A stretch of 19,368 bases of DNA from a virus (Duplodnaviria; Heunggongvirae; Uroviricota; Caudoviricetes), in IMG/VR virus record IMGVR_UViG_2737471862_000006, one strand, 5' to 3'. Positions 7,468-17,440 of this stretch are shown here, piece after piece. The notes below the pieces were generated by a model, which worked only from the letters and a program-made list of their open reading frames with translations, had not been told where the DNA came from and ran no database searches. Position 1 is the first letter of the stretch. Each line of letters starts with the position of its first letter. Position numbers and translations under genes: made by a program.

Positions 7468-8711
7468 CCAGCCTCCTGATTCAAAGTCTCGCAAGACATA
7501 GCTTTCGTTACTGGGTATCGCTTGGTATGCTCTTCGATAATAAAGTCATTAATCAAAAATATTTTATCTTCTAATTGTTTCATGACTTGATCAAAGTCTG
7601 CGTCACTGAGTTTTTCTCTCTCTGCGGATGCAGAGTTGCTTTCTTTGTATAACGCTCTGAATTTTATATTTTTCCCAAGATATTTATCATCGAAACTAAG
7701 TTCAAAAGTTATAGTATGATTCTTAACTACTGAGGAAAATGACTTCCATCGAATTAAGCTTCGATAAAACCCATCACTGCACAGTTCCTTAATTTGAGGT
7801 GCGTTCACTAATGATAGGCCATCATACGCGGCATTGTTAATGTTAAAAGTTAGGTTTTCATCATCGTCAGATGCCATTTCCTGATTATTAATGTCATCAT
7901 CATTTTCGTTATCTGTAGAAGGTGAAATCTTGTTTAATAACTCTTGTGTTTCTTCGTTATTATTTCCTTCGAGATTATCTCCATTAATATCCAGAGATGT
8001 TTTTATTCTGCTTACTCTAACCTTTTCAAGACCAGCATATTCAAGTCCTGTTTTTTTATAATTTCCATCAAAATCATAAAGATGAACAGCAAAAATATTC
8101 CTAAGATCTGTATCGACGATACTTGATAAATCTATTTCGTTGACAACTATGTTGTTACAAACTGTTGATGAATATGTATCAATTATTTGCTTGAGAATTT
8201 CTGAAATGCGTGGCGTATAGTTATATCTTACTGAAACATATCCTTTTTTTACTATAAAAACTATACTCCCACTGTACAATTTTTTCTGCTGAAACTTACC
8301 CCTTCTAAAATCAAACTCAGTATAATCAATAGATATATGATAGGTTTGCAAGCCTGAGTAATGATCAATTTTCTCATGCCCTAGCAACTTGGGTCTATTT
8401 TCTTTCACTTTGTTTACAACGTCATAGAGTTTCTCTATATCAAATTCTTCATATATACGTTTTACTGAGAAGACGTCTTGGCTGGGTTTGGTTGCCAGTT
8501 TATCTTGTACTTCTCTGATGTGATTATATGAAAATGGCAGGTCTGATAATTTTTCTATCAATACCTCTTTTGATAAGTTAGATGGGAAAATTATCCCTCT
8601 ATTGAAGGCGATTTTCCTTAATGTAACATCTGTGATTTTTGCACTGTTAGAGTGGAGGGCGGTATAAATGTCACTTTCGTTTGAAAACAACGTAGCTTGA
8701 TATTTATTCAT
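7464..8711 (-). CDS. Hypothetical protein, cassette gene B (415 aa) with acidic low-complexity central region
   Basis: ATG with SD AAGGAG, 10 nt after the stop of gene A; central Asp/Asn/Glu-rich stretch (NNNEETQ...DNENDDDINNQEMASDDDEN); no Walker or other motifs recognised. Confidence 0.6.
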   Translation of the reverse strand: MNKYQATLFSNESDIYTALHSNSAKITDVTLRKIAFNRGIIFPSNLSKEVLIEKLSDLPFSYNHIREVQDKLATKPSQDVFSVKRIYEEFDIEKLYDVVNKVKENRPKLLGHEKIDHYSGLQTYHISIDYTEFDFRRGKFQQKKLYSGSIVFIVKKGYVSVRYNYTPRISEILKQIIDTYSSTVCNNIVVNEIDLSSIVDTDLRNIFAVHLYDFDGNYKKTGLEYAGLEKVRVSRIKTSLDINGDNLEGNNNEETQELLNKISPSTDNENDDDINNQEMASDDDENLTFNINNAAYDGLSLVNAPQIKELCSDGFYRSLIRWKSFSSVVKNHTITFELSFDDKYLGKNIKFRALYKESNSASAEREKLSDADFDQVMKQLEDKIFLINDFIIEEHTKRYPVTKAMSCETLNQEAG

Positions 8712-8721
8712 GTCATACTCC

Positions 8722-9813
8722 TTATGAAAAGTGACATTTTCTATTCACCTGCTTGCTGGCAACCTGGTACTCAAATATAGATAGCTTTTGATTAACAAAA
8801 GGAATGGATACTATTTTTTCCTTTAACGTTTCTATATGAGATTGAGTGAAAGAATATATTCCTATGTAATCATTAATGGCGGATTGCAAATGAATGCTTG
8901 AGTGTGATGAGAACGGAGTTATAACAAATATTTTGTCAAATTGATTGAGTAATTGATAGTTAAATATATACTCTAAAAGAAATATAAAGTGGTTACTGGA
9001 ATCAACCTCTTCCTTCCAGAATATATTCAATATTTTATTTCTTATTCTATCGCCACCATCATTTCTAATATATTCGTGTTCATATGAGTAAAAAATCATC
9101 CCAGATGTTATCATTTCAATTGTGGCTGGAAGGATTTTCCCTTTCGTTGCTATTTTATTATGTTTGTCAGGGTAAAAATATGTACAGTTCTCTATCTCAG
9201 GAATTTTTTGCCATAACATATTTGTTTCTTGTGTTACTTTGTCAGTAATTCCTCTTCTAGTCTCGATGTGTTCTGTAACATCTAGTAAAAATCTGATCAT
9301 AGTTGGGTCAAAAACGGCAATCACAGAGTTCTCTGGAAAATCATAACTTGCTGTGGCTGCTCCATTTAATTTCTCAATTAAATCAGAGTCATATTTATTG
9401 TCATGATTATATATAAAAAGTAGGCCGTTAACTTGATATTTCTCATTTGTGCTGTCAACAAATAGACGCCGCCACTCAGGACTTCTTGGCGCGCAAGCTA
9501 CCTGTTGTGATAAACTTCGTACAGTGTTCAATATTGATTTTGTACCGTCAAGCGTGCTGGCACAATAAGATTTTAAATCTGTTTGTATATACTGAGTTAT
9601 ATCTGAATAAGGATCTTTATATTTGAAGACTACATCCGTAGGATGAGTTTTTTTTGGGTTTTCAGATAAAAGTTGTTTAGCGTTTAGATGAGATCTCAAA
9701 CAACAGTCCCAACTTATATCCGTTGTATTTTGGGTTTTCCAGCCTAACTCATCAAAAATTCTACTGGAAATGATACCTGCAATCTCATCAATATTCTTAG
9801 TTTCGCCGCCCAC
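8722..9813 (-). CDS. Hypothetical protein, cassette gene A (363 aa, GTG start)
   Basis: GTG start preceded by SD GGAGGA; possible but weak PD-(D/E)xK-like pattern near the N-terminus (HPTDVVF ... IQTDLKSY); no confident family assignment. Confidence 0.55.
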   Translation of the reverse strand: MGGETKNIDEIAGIISSRIFDELGWKTQNTTDISWDCCLRSHLNAKQLLSENPKKTHPTDVVFKYKDPYSDITQYIQTDLKSYCASTLDGTKSILNTVRSLSQQVACAPRSPEWRRLFVDSTNEKYQVNGLLFIYNHDNKYDSDLIEKLNGAATASYDFPENSVIAVFDPTMIRFLLDVTEHIETRRGITDKVTQETNMLWQKIPEIENCTYFYPDKHNKIATKGKILPATIEMITSGMIFYSYEHEYIRNDGGDRIRNKILNIFWKEEVDSSNHFIFLLEYIFNYQLLNQFDKIFVITPFSSHSSIHLQSAINDYIGIYSFTQSHIETLKEKIVSIPFVNQKLSIFEYQVASKQVNRKCHFS

Positions 9814-9885
9814 GCTTCCTCCATAGTTCGTTGTTTTATCTAGTGAAGATCTGATTCATGGTTTTCCAAGCCCATGCGCAAAACA

Positions 9886-9914
9886 ATTAATCAAGTAAGA
9901 ATAATCTTAATCAA
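9886..9914 (-). promoter_or_regulatory. Candidate sigma70 promoter for the three-gene operon
   Basis: Minus-strand TTGATT (9914-9909), 17-nt spacer, ATTAAT (9891-9886); about 70 nt upstream of the gene A start. Confidence 0.4.
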
Positions 9915-10110
9915 TTTAATCTTTTTTATTTGAATCATCAAGAGCCCCATTACTGATAGGCATCAGTTGGTGGTATCTCTGCTCAAGCTTCAGTAAAATC
10001 TGGTTTGCTACTTCCGCTCCTGGCACAAAGCGGACAACCACGCTAGCTCTCCCCTGTGCCAGAAAAATGTCAATTTACATATGAACTAATGCTCTTTGAT
10101 CTAGTAACGT

Positions 10111-10527
10111 CTATAAATACCGAAGATTTCCTTGATAAAATGCCAGTACACGTTTCATAACTTCACTCTTCCGGCACTCGCGACAGATTATGTTCTGACG
10201 CCTGTCATAGCGGCGTATTTCTCCGTCTGGTAATGACCAGATAAGGTCAGGATCAACCACAACCGTTTTTTTCACCTTTGCCCTGGATAGTTTTTTGCGG
10301 GCGTTTTTCCAATCCTTACGAGCCTGTTCAGACGGGAATAACCCATAGCCAGAGTTGTATACATCGCCACTGGCAACCAACTCTCTGGCAAGAATGCTCA
10401 TCAGATATCTTGTCGCACCTGTCTTGGCCTCCAGTTGCCTTAACGTCTCGCGCCCACTCTGGCGTACCAACTCAACAACCTGCTCCTTAATTTTTTCACG
10501 CTCTTCCTGTGTAAAAACTTTTGCCAT
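10111..10527 (-). CDS. Hypothetical prophage early-region protein, 138 aa
   Basis: ATG at 10527 with SD GGAGG (the track start at 10542 is a TTG); basic protein with a C-terminal CxxC pair; function unknown, possibly a remnant of the early or replication module. Confidence 0.45.
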   Translation of the reverse strand: MAKVFTQEEREKIKEQVVELVRQSGRETLRQLEAKTGATRYLMSILARELVASGDVYNSGYGLFPSEQARKDWKNARKKLSRAKVKKTVVVDPDLIWSLPDGEIRRYDRRQNIICRECRKSEVMKRVLAFYQGNLRYL

Positions 10528-10542
10528 AAGCGCCTCCGGCAA

Positions 10543-10872
10543 TCACTTTTCCGACACAATACGACTGGAGGAATCGACAATCTGTCGGACAATATCCCGG
10601 TGCTTGTTCAGCTCCCGCAGCGCGGCGCAGACTCGCTCCCACTTCTGGACATGATTTTTCGCCCGACGCAGTTCGCGGTTTGCCATATGCAGCGATGGTA
10701 AAACTAGGTCATCCGCTTGCGTTTCAGTAAACGATGGCAGCGACTGCACAATGTCCGCCACAGTTTCTGTTTTAATATCTTCCTGTGTTGCCGCTTCCTG
10801 TACCCATGCCTGCCCTTTTTCGGCTGCCAGGGCTAACAACACTGACTCGATGTGCTCATGCTTGATTTTCAT
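10543..10872 (-). CDS. YdaT-like (CII-analogue) prophage regulator, 109 aa
   Basis: Immediately downstream of, and ATGA-coupled to, the Cro-like gene, as in the Rac ydaS-ydaT pair; helical C-terminus. Assignment is by position and general resemblance. Confidence 0.45.
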   Translation of the reverse strand: MKIKHEHIESVLLALAAEKGQAWVQEAATQEDIKTETVADIVQSLPSFTETQADDLVLPSLHMANRELRRAKNHVQKWERVCAALRELNKHRDIVRQIVDSSSRIVSEK

Positions 10873-11123
10873 GAATCAACTCCCATCAGCTTTTTCGTAG
10901 TAGTTTTATTTCTGCCAATAGTTAAAATTACATCAGCAGAAAATAATCCGTTTGATGCATGAGCGATTTTTTCAGCGTAATTTGTTTCGCCGGTATATTC
11001 TGTGCGAGGCAATTTTCCGTTATCCATCCATTTGTAGATTGCTCTTTGGCTGACACCACAAACGTCGGCCACAACAGAAACGCGAACAGTTTTGATTACA
11101 TCTTCAAGTGTTTTCTGGTTCAT
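10869..11123 (-). CDS. YdaS-like Cro-type HTH regulator, 84 aa from the ATG at 11123
   Basis: Helix-turn-helix VADVCGVSQRAIYKWMDNGKLP; divergent from the repressor gene; SD GAGGGTG upstream of the ATG at 11123. The track ORF start at 11195 is probably not used. Confidence 0.65.
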   Translation of the reverse strand: MNQKTLEDVIKTVRVSVVADVCGVSQRAIYKWMDNGKLPRTEYTGETNYAEKIAHASNGLFSADVILTIGRNKTTTKKLMGVDS

Positions 11124-11139
11124 ATCACCCTCACAATGT

Positions 11140-11179
11140 GAACTTTGAGTACATGCTATAACAGAACTGACAGTACATT
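11140..11179. repeat. Operator-like direct repeats GAACT-N3-AGTACAT (two copies) in the divergent immunity intergenic region
   Basis: GAACTTTGAGTACATG (11140-11155) and GAACTGACAGTACATT (11164-11179), 24 bp apart, between the ydaS-like and racR-like starts. Confidence 0.4.
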
Positions 11180-11202
11180 CAAGAGCGAATATCATTGAAC
11201 TT

Positions 11203-11622
11203 ATGGTTCATGAAGATAAAGCGCGTAAAGAGTTCGCCAGTAGGCTTGCGCTAGCCTGTGAAAACGCTGGTTATGAACAACATGGAAGGCAGGCAGAAAT
11301 TGCCCGTCGAATGAAATTAACACCAAAAGCGGTTAGCAAATGGTTTAATGGCGAAACAATTCCTCGCCGAGAGAAATTAAGGGAATTAGCAACACTCATT
11401 GGAACAACACCAACCTATCTTTTGGGAGAGGATACAGAAGAAAGTGGACAGGTACGTTTCTATCAGGAGTTAAATCCAAGACAAAAAATCATCATTGACC
11501 TTCTGGACGAGCTCCCTGACAGTGAGACAGATGAACTTTTAAAAACTCTTGAGGAGAAAAAACAGAAGTACAATGCAATTTACGAAGAGCTAGCACGAAA
11601 GAAAAAACAAAAAGCCTCTTAA
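11203..11622 (+). CDS. racR: RacR-like XRE-family prophage repressor, 139 aa
   Basis: HTH QAEIARRMKLTPKAVSKWFNGETIP; divergent from the Cro-like gene; flanked by ydaG/ydaF/sieB/kilR as in Rac. Confidence 0.7.
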   Translation: MVHEDKARKEFASRLALACENAGYEQHGRQAEIARRMKLTPKAVSKWFNGETIPRREKLRELATLIGTTPTYLLGEDTEESGQVRFYQELNPRQKIIIDLLDELPDSETDELLKTLEEKKQKYNAIYEELARKKKQKAS

Positions 11623-11697
11623 ACCAGCATAAATCCGGTAGCGTCCCCCTCCGGGTTTGTGCTTCACTTTATCCCATCTCATTTTTTTACACACAAA

Positions 11698-11739
11698 ATG
11701 TACTTAAAGTACTTTACATCAATGAACACAAAGTACATT
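11698..11739. repeat. Second cluster of GTACAT-type operator-like motifs
   Basis: ATGTACTTAAAGTACTTTACAT (near-palindromic) plus GAACACAAAGTACATT, related to the repeats at 11140-11179. Confidence 0.35.
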
Positions 11740-11912
11740 ATATACCTACCAACCCACCCCGCCCCACAGAACGCAGGGCAATACTTCGAGTTACCAGGCA
11801 GTGGTCAGGGGTTAAGTAGCCAGCCCGAGGCGTATGAACATGACGGCAGGGTTCAGATTTTGCAGTGCAGCAGGTTTCAGTTCCGCCACCCGGCGTTAAG
11901 GGGAGAGATAAG

Positions 11913-12047
11913 ATGGTGCATTACGAAGTAGTTCAGTATTTGATGGATTGTTGCGGTATCACTTACAACCAGGCTGTGCAGGCTTTACGCAGCAACGACT
12001 GGGATCTCTGGCAGGCAGAAGTCGCTATACACAGCAACAAGATGTGA
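11913..12047 (+). CDS. ydaG: YdaG-like small protein, 44 aa
   Basis: MVHYEVVQYLMDCCGITYNQAVQALRSNDWDLWQAEVAIHSNKM; SD AAGGGGAG; size and position match Rac ydaG. Confidence 0.65.
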   Translation: MVHYEVVQYLMDCCGITYNQAVQALRSNDWDLWQAEVAIHSNKM

Positions 12048-12057
12048 GATTCGCAAA

Positions 12058-12213
12058 ATGCAAAAAATCGACCTCGGCAACAACGAATCCCTGGTGTGCG
12101 GCGTGTTCCCCAACCAGGATGGAACGTTCACTGCCATGACGTATACCAAAAGCAAAACATTTAAAACCGAAACTGGTGCGCGCCGATGGTTGGAGAAGCA
12201 CACAGTAAGCTAA
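12058..12213 (+). CDS. ydaF: YdaF-like small protein, 51 aa
   Basis: Hand-translated MQKIDLGNNESLVCGVFPNQDGTFTAMTYTKSKTFKTETGARRWLEKHTVS; not in the ORF track (below 60 aa); position matches Rac ydaF. Confidence 0.6.
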   Translation: MQKIDLGNNESLVCGVFPNQDGTFTAMTYTKSKTFKTETGARRWLEKHTVS

Positions 12214-12698
12214 CGATTAAAACGTCTACTCCTGCTGTTCCAGAATAACTTCATAAAATGGGAGTATTTTTCGGTGACGAGATAATAAGAACAGTTTGCG
12301 CTATCACTCTGATGTTGAATGATGCCCTTCCGTTCTAATTTTTTCATAACCGGGTTACGGCAAGGAGAAGTGATAATAAGATTTCCTGTTTTAAGGAAAT
12401 CTTTAAATACAGCGATTTCTTTCTCAGATAAACGAAGCAATACTCGTTGCTCTGGTAGTAATGAATAATGCTTTTGAATATGTGCTCGCAATCTTGAGAA
12501 GGAAATGGCGACCACGAAAGAAAAGGCAAAAACGATAATCTGAAAGAGCCAAGGTATTTCAGTATAAGCATTGAATGCGACAGTAAACTCTTTCGGTATC
12601 AGCCAGAGAGTGAGACCAAAAATGATAATCGTATACATAAGTATTTCGAGTGGCTCGTTAGCAAAAAGTTTCAACAATGGAGTAAATACATCCAACAT
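12210..12698 (-). CDS. sieB: Superinfection exclusion protein B (SieB), 162 aa
   Basis: Begins MLDVFTPLLKLFANEPLEILMY with hydrophobic TM segments; 162 aa from the ATG at 12698, matching Rac SieB; convergent with ydaF. The track ORF extends upstream to 12821. Confidence 0.8.
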   Translation of the reverse strand: MLDVFTPLLKLFANEPLEILMYTIIIFGLTLWLIPKEFTVAFNAYTEIPWLFQIIVFAFSFVVAISFSRLRAHIQKHYSLLPEQRVLLRLSEKEIAVFKDFLKTGNLIITSPCRNPVMKKLERKGIIQHQSDSANCSYYLVTEKYSHFMKLFWNSRSRRFNR

Positions 12699-13139
12699 AT
12701 CAATAACTCTCAACTGTAAGGGTATTGAAATGTTAACACAAGCTCTCGCTGTAGGGGTATAGCCGAGACCACCGAAGCCCGGAGGTGGTGAAATAAAACC
12801 GGGCACAACACGAAGGCGCATTTCCGATATCCATAAAGAGTCGGTCTTGTCTGTTAAATTTAAATGGTGGGAGTGCGCCTCCGGTTGTAAATAACGACAT
12901 TGCTGTGTGTAGTCCTGGCGGCATCAGTTTTTTTCTTGAAGTTCGGCTGATGTCCGCCCTTTTTAAAGTGAATTTTGTGATGCGGTGAATGCGGCTAAGC
13001 GCACGTGGCACAGTTAAAAGTCATGTTAGTCCTTATTGGTTTGGGTGGGAAAGCCGACTGTAATTGTTAACTGGTTGCAGTCACCTGGAGGCACCAGGCA
13101 CCGCATCAACAAAGTTCATTTGTAAAAATGGAGATAATT

Positions 13140-13361
13140 ATGATTGCACATCACTTCGGAACTGATGAAATACCACGTCAGTGTGTGACTCCTGGCGATT
13201 ATGTTCTTCATGAAGGCCGGACATATATTGCCTCGGCAAACAATATTAAAAAGCGAAAACTATATATTCGTAACCTGACCACAAAAACATGCATTACTGA
13301 CCGCATGATTAAAGTCTTCCTCGGTCGTGATGGTTTACCTGTAAAGGCGGAGTCATGGTGA
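13140..13361 (+). CDS. kilR: Killing protein KilR (FtsZ inhibitor), 73 aa
   Basis: [49 protein letters not shown]... matches Rac KilR; SD GGAG. Confidence 0.85.
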   Translation: MIAHHFGTDEIPRQCVTPGDYVLHEGRTYIASANNIKKRKLYIRNLTTKTCITDRMIKVFLGRDGLPVKAESW

Positions 13362-13531
13362 TGACTAAGAAAATAAAATGTGCTTACCACCTTTGCAAAA
13401 AAGACGTTGAAGAAAGCAAAGCTATTGAAAGAATGCTTCACTTCATGCACGGGATTTTATCAAAAGACGAACCGAGAAAATATTGCAGTGAAGCTTGTGC
13501 CGAAAAAGACCAGATGGCACATGAACTTTAA
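13361..13531 (+). CDS. ydaE: YdaE-like zinc-binding protein, 56 aa
   Basis: Hand-translated [56 protein letters not shown]; start overlaps the kilR stop; not in the ORF track. Confidence 0.7.
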   Translation: MTKKIKCAYHLCKKDVEESKAIERMLHFMHGILSKDEPRKYCSEACAEKDQMAHEL

Positions 13532-13605
13532 TTAATTGACTATTCGAAACTGAATTTATGCCAGAAATGGCAGGTATTCGCTCAACCTTAATTAAGGAGA
13601 AAAAC

Positions 13606-13881
13606 ATGATTACCAATTATGAAGCCACTGTTGTAACTACCGATGACATTGTTCACGAGGTGAATCTGGAAGGAAAGCGCATTGGCTACGTAATTAAAAC
13701 AGAAAATAAAGAAACCCCATTCACTGTGGTTGATATCGATGGTCCATCAGGCAACGTAAAAACACTTGATGAAGGTGTCAAAAAAATGTGCCTGGTGCAT
13801 ATCGGAAAGAATCTGCCCGCAGAAAAAAAAGCCGAATTTCTGGCAACTCTAATTGCAATGAAATTAAAAGGTGAAATCTGA
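13606..13881 (+). CDS. racC: RacC, 91 aa
   Basis: MITNYEATVVTTDDIVHEVNLEGKRIGYVIKTENKETPF...; SD AAGGAG; the track ORF begins upstream at 13558. Confidence 0.85.
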   Translation: MITNYEATVVTTDDIVHEVNLEGKRIGYVIKTENKETPFTVVDIDGPSGNVKTLDEGVKKMCLVHIGKNLPAEKKAEFLATLIAMKLKGEI

Positions 13882-13982
13882 AAGAAATAGCCTGCGTATG
13901 GCGCAGGCTATGAACAGTGTGTATCCGGCAAGATCATTCACTGAACAAAACGAATTTTAATCTGAGTTGAGGTTAAAAAACA

Positions 13983-16583
13983 ATGAGCACAAAACCACTC
14001 TTCCTGTTACGGAAAGCGAAAAAATCATCCGGTGAACCTGACGTCGTCCTGTGGGCAAGCAACGATTTTGAATCGACCTGTGCCACTCTGGACTACCTGA
14101 TCGTTAAGTCAGGTAAAAAACTGAGCAGCTATTTTAAAGCTGTTGCCACGAATTTTCCTGTCGTTAATGACCTGCCCGCTGAAGGTGAGATCGATTTTAC
14201 CTGGAGTGAACGCTATCAACTCAGCAAAGACTCCATGACATGGGAACTAAAACCGGGAGCAGCACCAAACAACGCTCACTATCAAGGCAATACCAACGTC
14301 AACGGCGAAGACATGACTGAGATTGAGGAGAATATGCTACTCCCAATTTCTGGCCAGGAACTGCCCATTCGTTGGCTTGCTCAACACGGCAGCGAAAAAC
14401 CGGTAACGCACGTTTCACGCGACGGACTCCAGGCATTACACATTGCTCGGGCTGAAGAACTACCGGCTGTTACTGCCCTGGCTGTTTCCCACAAAACCAG
14501 CCTGCTCGACCCGCTGGAAATTCGCGAACTCCACAAACTGGTTCGTGACACTGACAAAGTTTTCCCTAATCCTGGTAATTCAAACCTGGGACTGATAACT
14601 GCTTTTTTCGAAGCATACCTGAACGCTGACTACACCGATCGAGGACTGCTGACAAAAGAGTGGATGAAGGGTAATCGTGTTTCACACATCACTCGCACGG
14701 CTTCCGGTGCTAATGCTGGCGGCGGAAACCTCACCGATCGCGGCGAAGGTTTCGTACACGATCTGACGTCACTGGCGCGGGACGTAGCCACTGGCGTACT
14801 GGCCCGTTCAATGGATCTGGACATCTATAACCTTCATCCGGCACACGCTAAACGCATTGAGGAAATTATCGCTGAAAATAAACCGCCCTTTTCTGTTTTC
14901 CGCGACAAATTCATCACCATGCCTGGCGGGCTGGATTATTCCCGCGCCATCGTGGTTGCGTCCGTAAAAGAAGCACCAATTGGGATCGAGGTCATCCCCG
15001 CGCACGTCACTGAATATCTGAACAAAGTACTGACTGAAACCGATCATGCCAACCCTGATCCGGAAATCGTGGATATTGCCTGCGGTCGCTCCTCTGCCCC
15101 GATGCCGCAGCGAGTAACAGAAGAAGGAAAACAGGATGATGAAGAAAAACCGCAACCATCTGGAACAACGGCAGTTGAACAGGGAGAGGCTGAAACAATG
15201 GAACCGGACGCAACTGAACATCATCAGGACACGCAGCCGCTGGATGCTCAGTCACAGGTAAATTCTGTTGATGCGAAATATCAGGAACTGCGGGCAGAAC
15301 TCCATGAAGCCCGGAAAAACATTCCATCAAAAAATCCTGTCGATGCCGATAAATTGCTTGCTGCATCACGTGGTGAATTTGTTGACGGAATTAGCGACCC
15401 GAACGATCCGAAATGGGTAAAGGGGATCCAGACTCGCGATTGTGTGTACCAGAACCAGCCAGAAACGGAAAAAACCAGCCCGGATATGAATCAACCTGAG
15501 CCAGTAGTGCAACAGGAACCGGAAATAGCCTGCAATGCCTGCGGCCAGACTGGCGGGGATAACTGCCCTGACTGTGGTGCGGTGATGGGCGACGCAACAT
15601 ACCAGGAAACATTCGATGAAGAGAGTCAGGTTGAAGCTAAGGAAAATGATCCGGAGGAAATGGAAGGCGCTGAACATCCGCACAATGAGAATGCTGGCAG
15701 CGATCCGCATCGCGATTGCAGTGATGAAACTGGCGAAGTCGCAGATCCCGTAATCGTAGAAGACATAGAGCCAGGTATTTATTACGGAATTTCGAATGAG
15801 AATTACCACGCGGGTCCCGGTGTCAGTAAGTCTCAGCTCGATGACATTGCTGATACTCCGGCACTGTATTTGTGGCGTAAAAATGCCCCCGTGGACACCA
15901 CAAAGACAAAAACGCTCGATCTAGGAACCGCTTTCCACTGCCGGGTACTTGAGCCGGAAGAATTCAGTAACCGCTTTATCGTAGCACCTGAATTTAACCG
16001 CCGGACAAACTCCGGAAAAGAAGAAGAGAAAGCGTTTCTGAGGGAATGCGCAAGCACAGGAAAAACGGTTATCACTGCCGAAGAAGGCCGGAAAATTGAA
16101 CTCATGTATCAGAGCGTTATGGCTTTGCCGCTGGGGCAATGGCTTGTTGAAAGCGCCGGACACGCTGAATCATCAATTTACTGGGAAGATCCTGAAACAG
16201 CAATTTTGTGTCGGTGCCGTCCGGACAAAATTATCCCTGAATTTCACTGGATCATGGACGTGAAAACTACGGCGGATATTCAACGATTCAAAACCGCTTA
16301 TTACGACTACCGCTATCACGTTCAGGATGCATTCTACAGTGACGGTTATGAAGCACAGTTTGGAGTGCAGCCAACTTTCGTTTTTCTGGTTGCCAGCACA
16401 ACTATTGAATGCGGACGTTATCCGGTTGAAATTTTCATGATGGGCGAAGAAGCAAAACTGGCAGGTCAGCTGGAATATCACCGCAATCTGCGAACCCTGG
16501 CTGACTGCCTCAATACCGATGAATGGCCAGCTATTAAGACGTTATCACTGCCCCGCTGGGCTAAGGAATATGCAAATGACTAA
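13983..16583 (+). CDS. recE: Exodeoxyribonuclease VIII (RecE), 866 aa
   Basis: Full-length 866-aa ORF with the acidic central region and C-terminal nuclease domain characteristic of Rac RecE; followed by an overlapping recT. Confidence 0.95.
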   Translation: MSTKPLFLLRKAKKSSGEPDVVLWASNDFESTCATLDYLIVKSGKKLSSYFKAVATNFPVVNDLPAEGEIDFTWSERYQLSKDSMTWELKPGAAPNNAHYQGNTNVNGEDMTEIEENMLLPISGQELPIRWLAQHGSEKPVTHVSRDGLQALHIARAEELPAVTALAVSHKTSLLDPLEIRELHKLVRDTDKVFPNPGNSNLGLITAFFEAYLNADYTDRGLLTKEWMKGNRVSHITRTASGANAGGGNLTDRGEGFVHDLTSLARDVATGVLARSMDLDIYNLHPAHAKRIEEIIAENKPPFSVFRDKFITMPGGLDYSRAIVVASVKEAPIGIEVIPAHVTEYLNKVLTETDHANPDPEIVDIACGRSSAPMPQRVTEEGKQDDEEKPQPSGTTAVEQGEAETMEPDATEHHQDTQPLDAQSQVNSVDAKYQELRAELHEARKNIPSKNPVDADKLLAASRGEFVDGISDPNDPKWVKGIQTRDCVYQNQPETEKTSPDMNQPEPVVQQEPEIACNACGQTGGDNCPDCGAVMGDATYQETFDEESQVEAKENDPEEMEGAEHPHNENAGSDPHRDCSDETGEVADPVIVEDIEPGIYYGISNENYHAGPGVSKSQLDDIADTPALYLWRKNAPVDTTKTKTLDLGTAFHCRVLEPEEFSNRFIVAPEFNRRTNSGKEEEKAFLRECASTGKTVITAEEGRKIELMYQSVMALPLGQWLVESAGHAESSIYWEDPETAILCRCRPDKIIPEFHWIMDVKTTADIQRFKTAYYDYRYHVQDAFYSDGYEAQFGVQPTFVFLVASTTIECGRYPVEIFMMGEEAKLAGQLEYHRNLRTLADCLNTDEWPAIKTLSLPRWAKEYAND

Positions 16584-17385
16584 GCAACCACCAATCGCAA
16601 AAGCCGATCTGCAAAAAACTCAGGGAAACCGTGCACCAGCAGCAATTAAAAATAACGACGTGATTAGTTTTATTAACCAGCCATCAATGAAAGAGCAACT
16701 GGCAGCAGCTCTTCCACGCCATATGACGGCTGAACGTATGATCCGTATCGCCACCACAGAAATTCGTAAAGTTCCGGCGTTAGGAAACTGTGACACTATG
16801 AGTTTTGTCAGTGCAATCGTACAGTGTTCACAGCTCGGACTTGAGCCCGGTAGCGCCCTCGGTCATGCATATTTACTGCCTTTTGGTAATAAAAACGAAA
16901 AGAGCGGTAAAAAAAACGTTCAGCTAATCATTGGCTATCGCGGCATGATTGATCTGGCTCGCCGTTCAGGTCAAATCGCCAGCCTGTCAGCCCGTGTTGT
17001 CCGTGAAGGTGACGAGTTTAATTTCGAATTTGGCCTTGATGAAAAGTTAATACACCGCCCAGGAGAAAACGAAGATGCCCCTGTTACCCACGTCTATGCT
17101 GTCGCAAGACTGAAAGACGGAGGTACTCAGTTTGAAGTTATGACGCGCAAACAGATTGAGCTGGTGCGCAGCCAGAGTAAAGCTGGTAATAACGGGCCGT
17201 GGGTAACTCACTGGGAAGAAATGGCAAAGAAAACGGCTATTCGTCGCCTGTTCAAATATCTGCCCGTATCAATTGAGATCCAGCGTGCAGTATCAATGGA
17301 TGAAAAGGAACCACTGACAATCGATCCTGCAGATTCCTCTGTATTAACCGGGGAATACAGTGTAATCGATAATTCAGAGGAATAA
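16576..17385 (+). CDS. recT: RecT single-strand annealing protein, 269 aa
   Basis: ATG at 16576 overlaps the recE stop (ATGACTAA); [35 protein letters not shown]... matches RecT. Confidence 0.95.
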   Translation: MTKQPPIAKADLQKTQGNRAPAAIKNNDVISFINQPSMKEQLAAALPRHMTAERMIRIATTEIRKVPALGNCDTMSFVSAIVQCSQLGLEPGSALGHAYLLPFGNKNEKSGKKNVQLIIGYRGMIDLARRSGQIASLSARVVREGDEFNFEFGLDEKLIHRPGENEDAPVTHVYAVARLKDGGTQFEVMTRKQIELVRSQSKAGNNGPWVTHWEEMAKKTAIRRLFKYLPVSIEIQRAVSMDEKEPLTIDPADSSVLTGEYSVIDNSEE

Positions 17386-17440
17386 TTCAGCCTGGCGGTG
17401 TAATGCACCGCCAACTTGAAATATTTTTATGAGAAAAATT

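Noticed and set aside
11659-11931. 90-aa plus-strand ORF downstream of the racR-like gene
   Set aside because: Spans the operator-like repeat cluster and the ydaG upstream region; no RBS; more likely regulatory DNA than coding.
12733-13011. 92-aa minus-strand ORF in the sieB-kilR intergenic region
   Set aside because: Overlaps the sieB upstream region in a divergent promoter zone; no RBS; likely non-coding.
14630-16481. Series of minus-strand ORFs (64-147 aa) antisense to recE
   Set aside because: They lie wholly inside the well-supported recE frame on the opposite strand, have odd composition and no ribosome-binding sites; typical shadow ORFs.
17394-17412. Hairpin GGCGGTG-taatg-CACCGCC downstream of recT as a terminator
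   Set aside because: No adjacent U-tract, and it lies within the pL-type operon just before ralR; at most a weak attenuator, not confidently a terminator.
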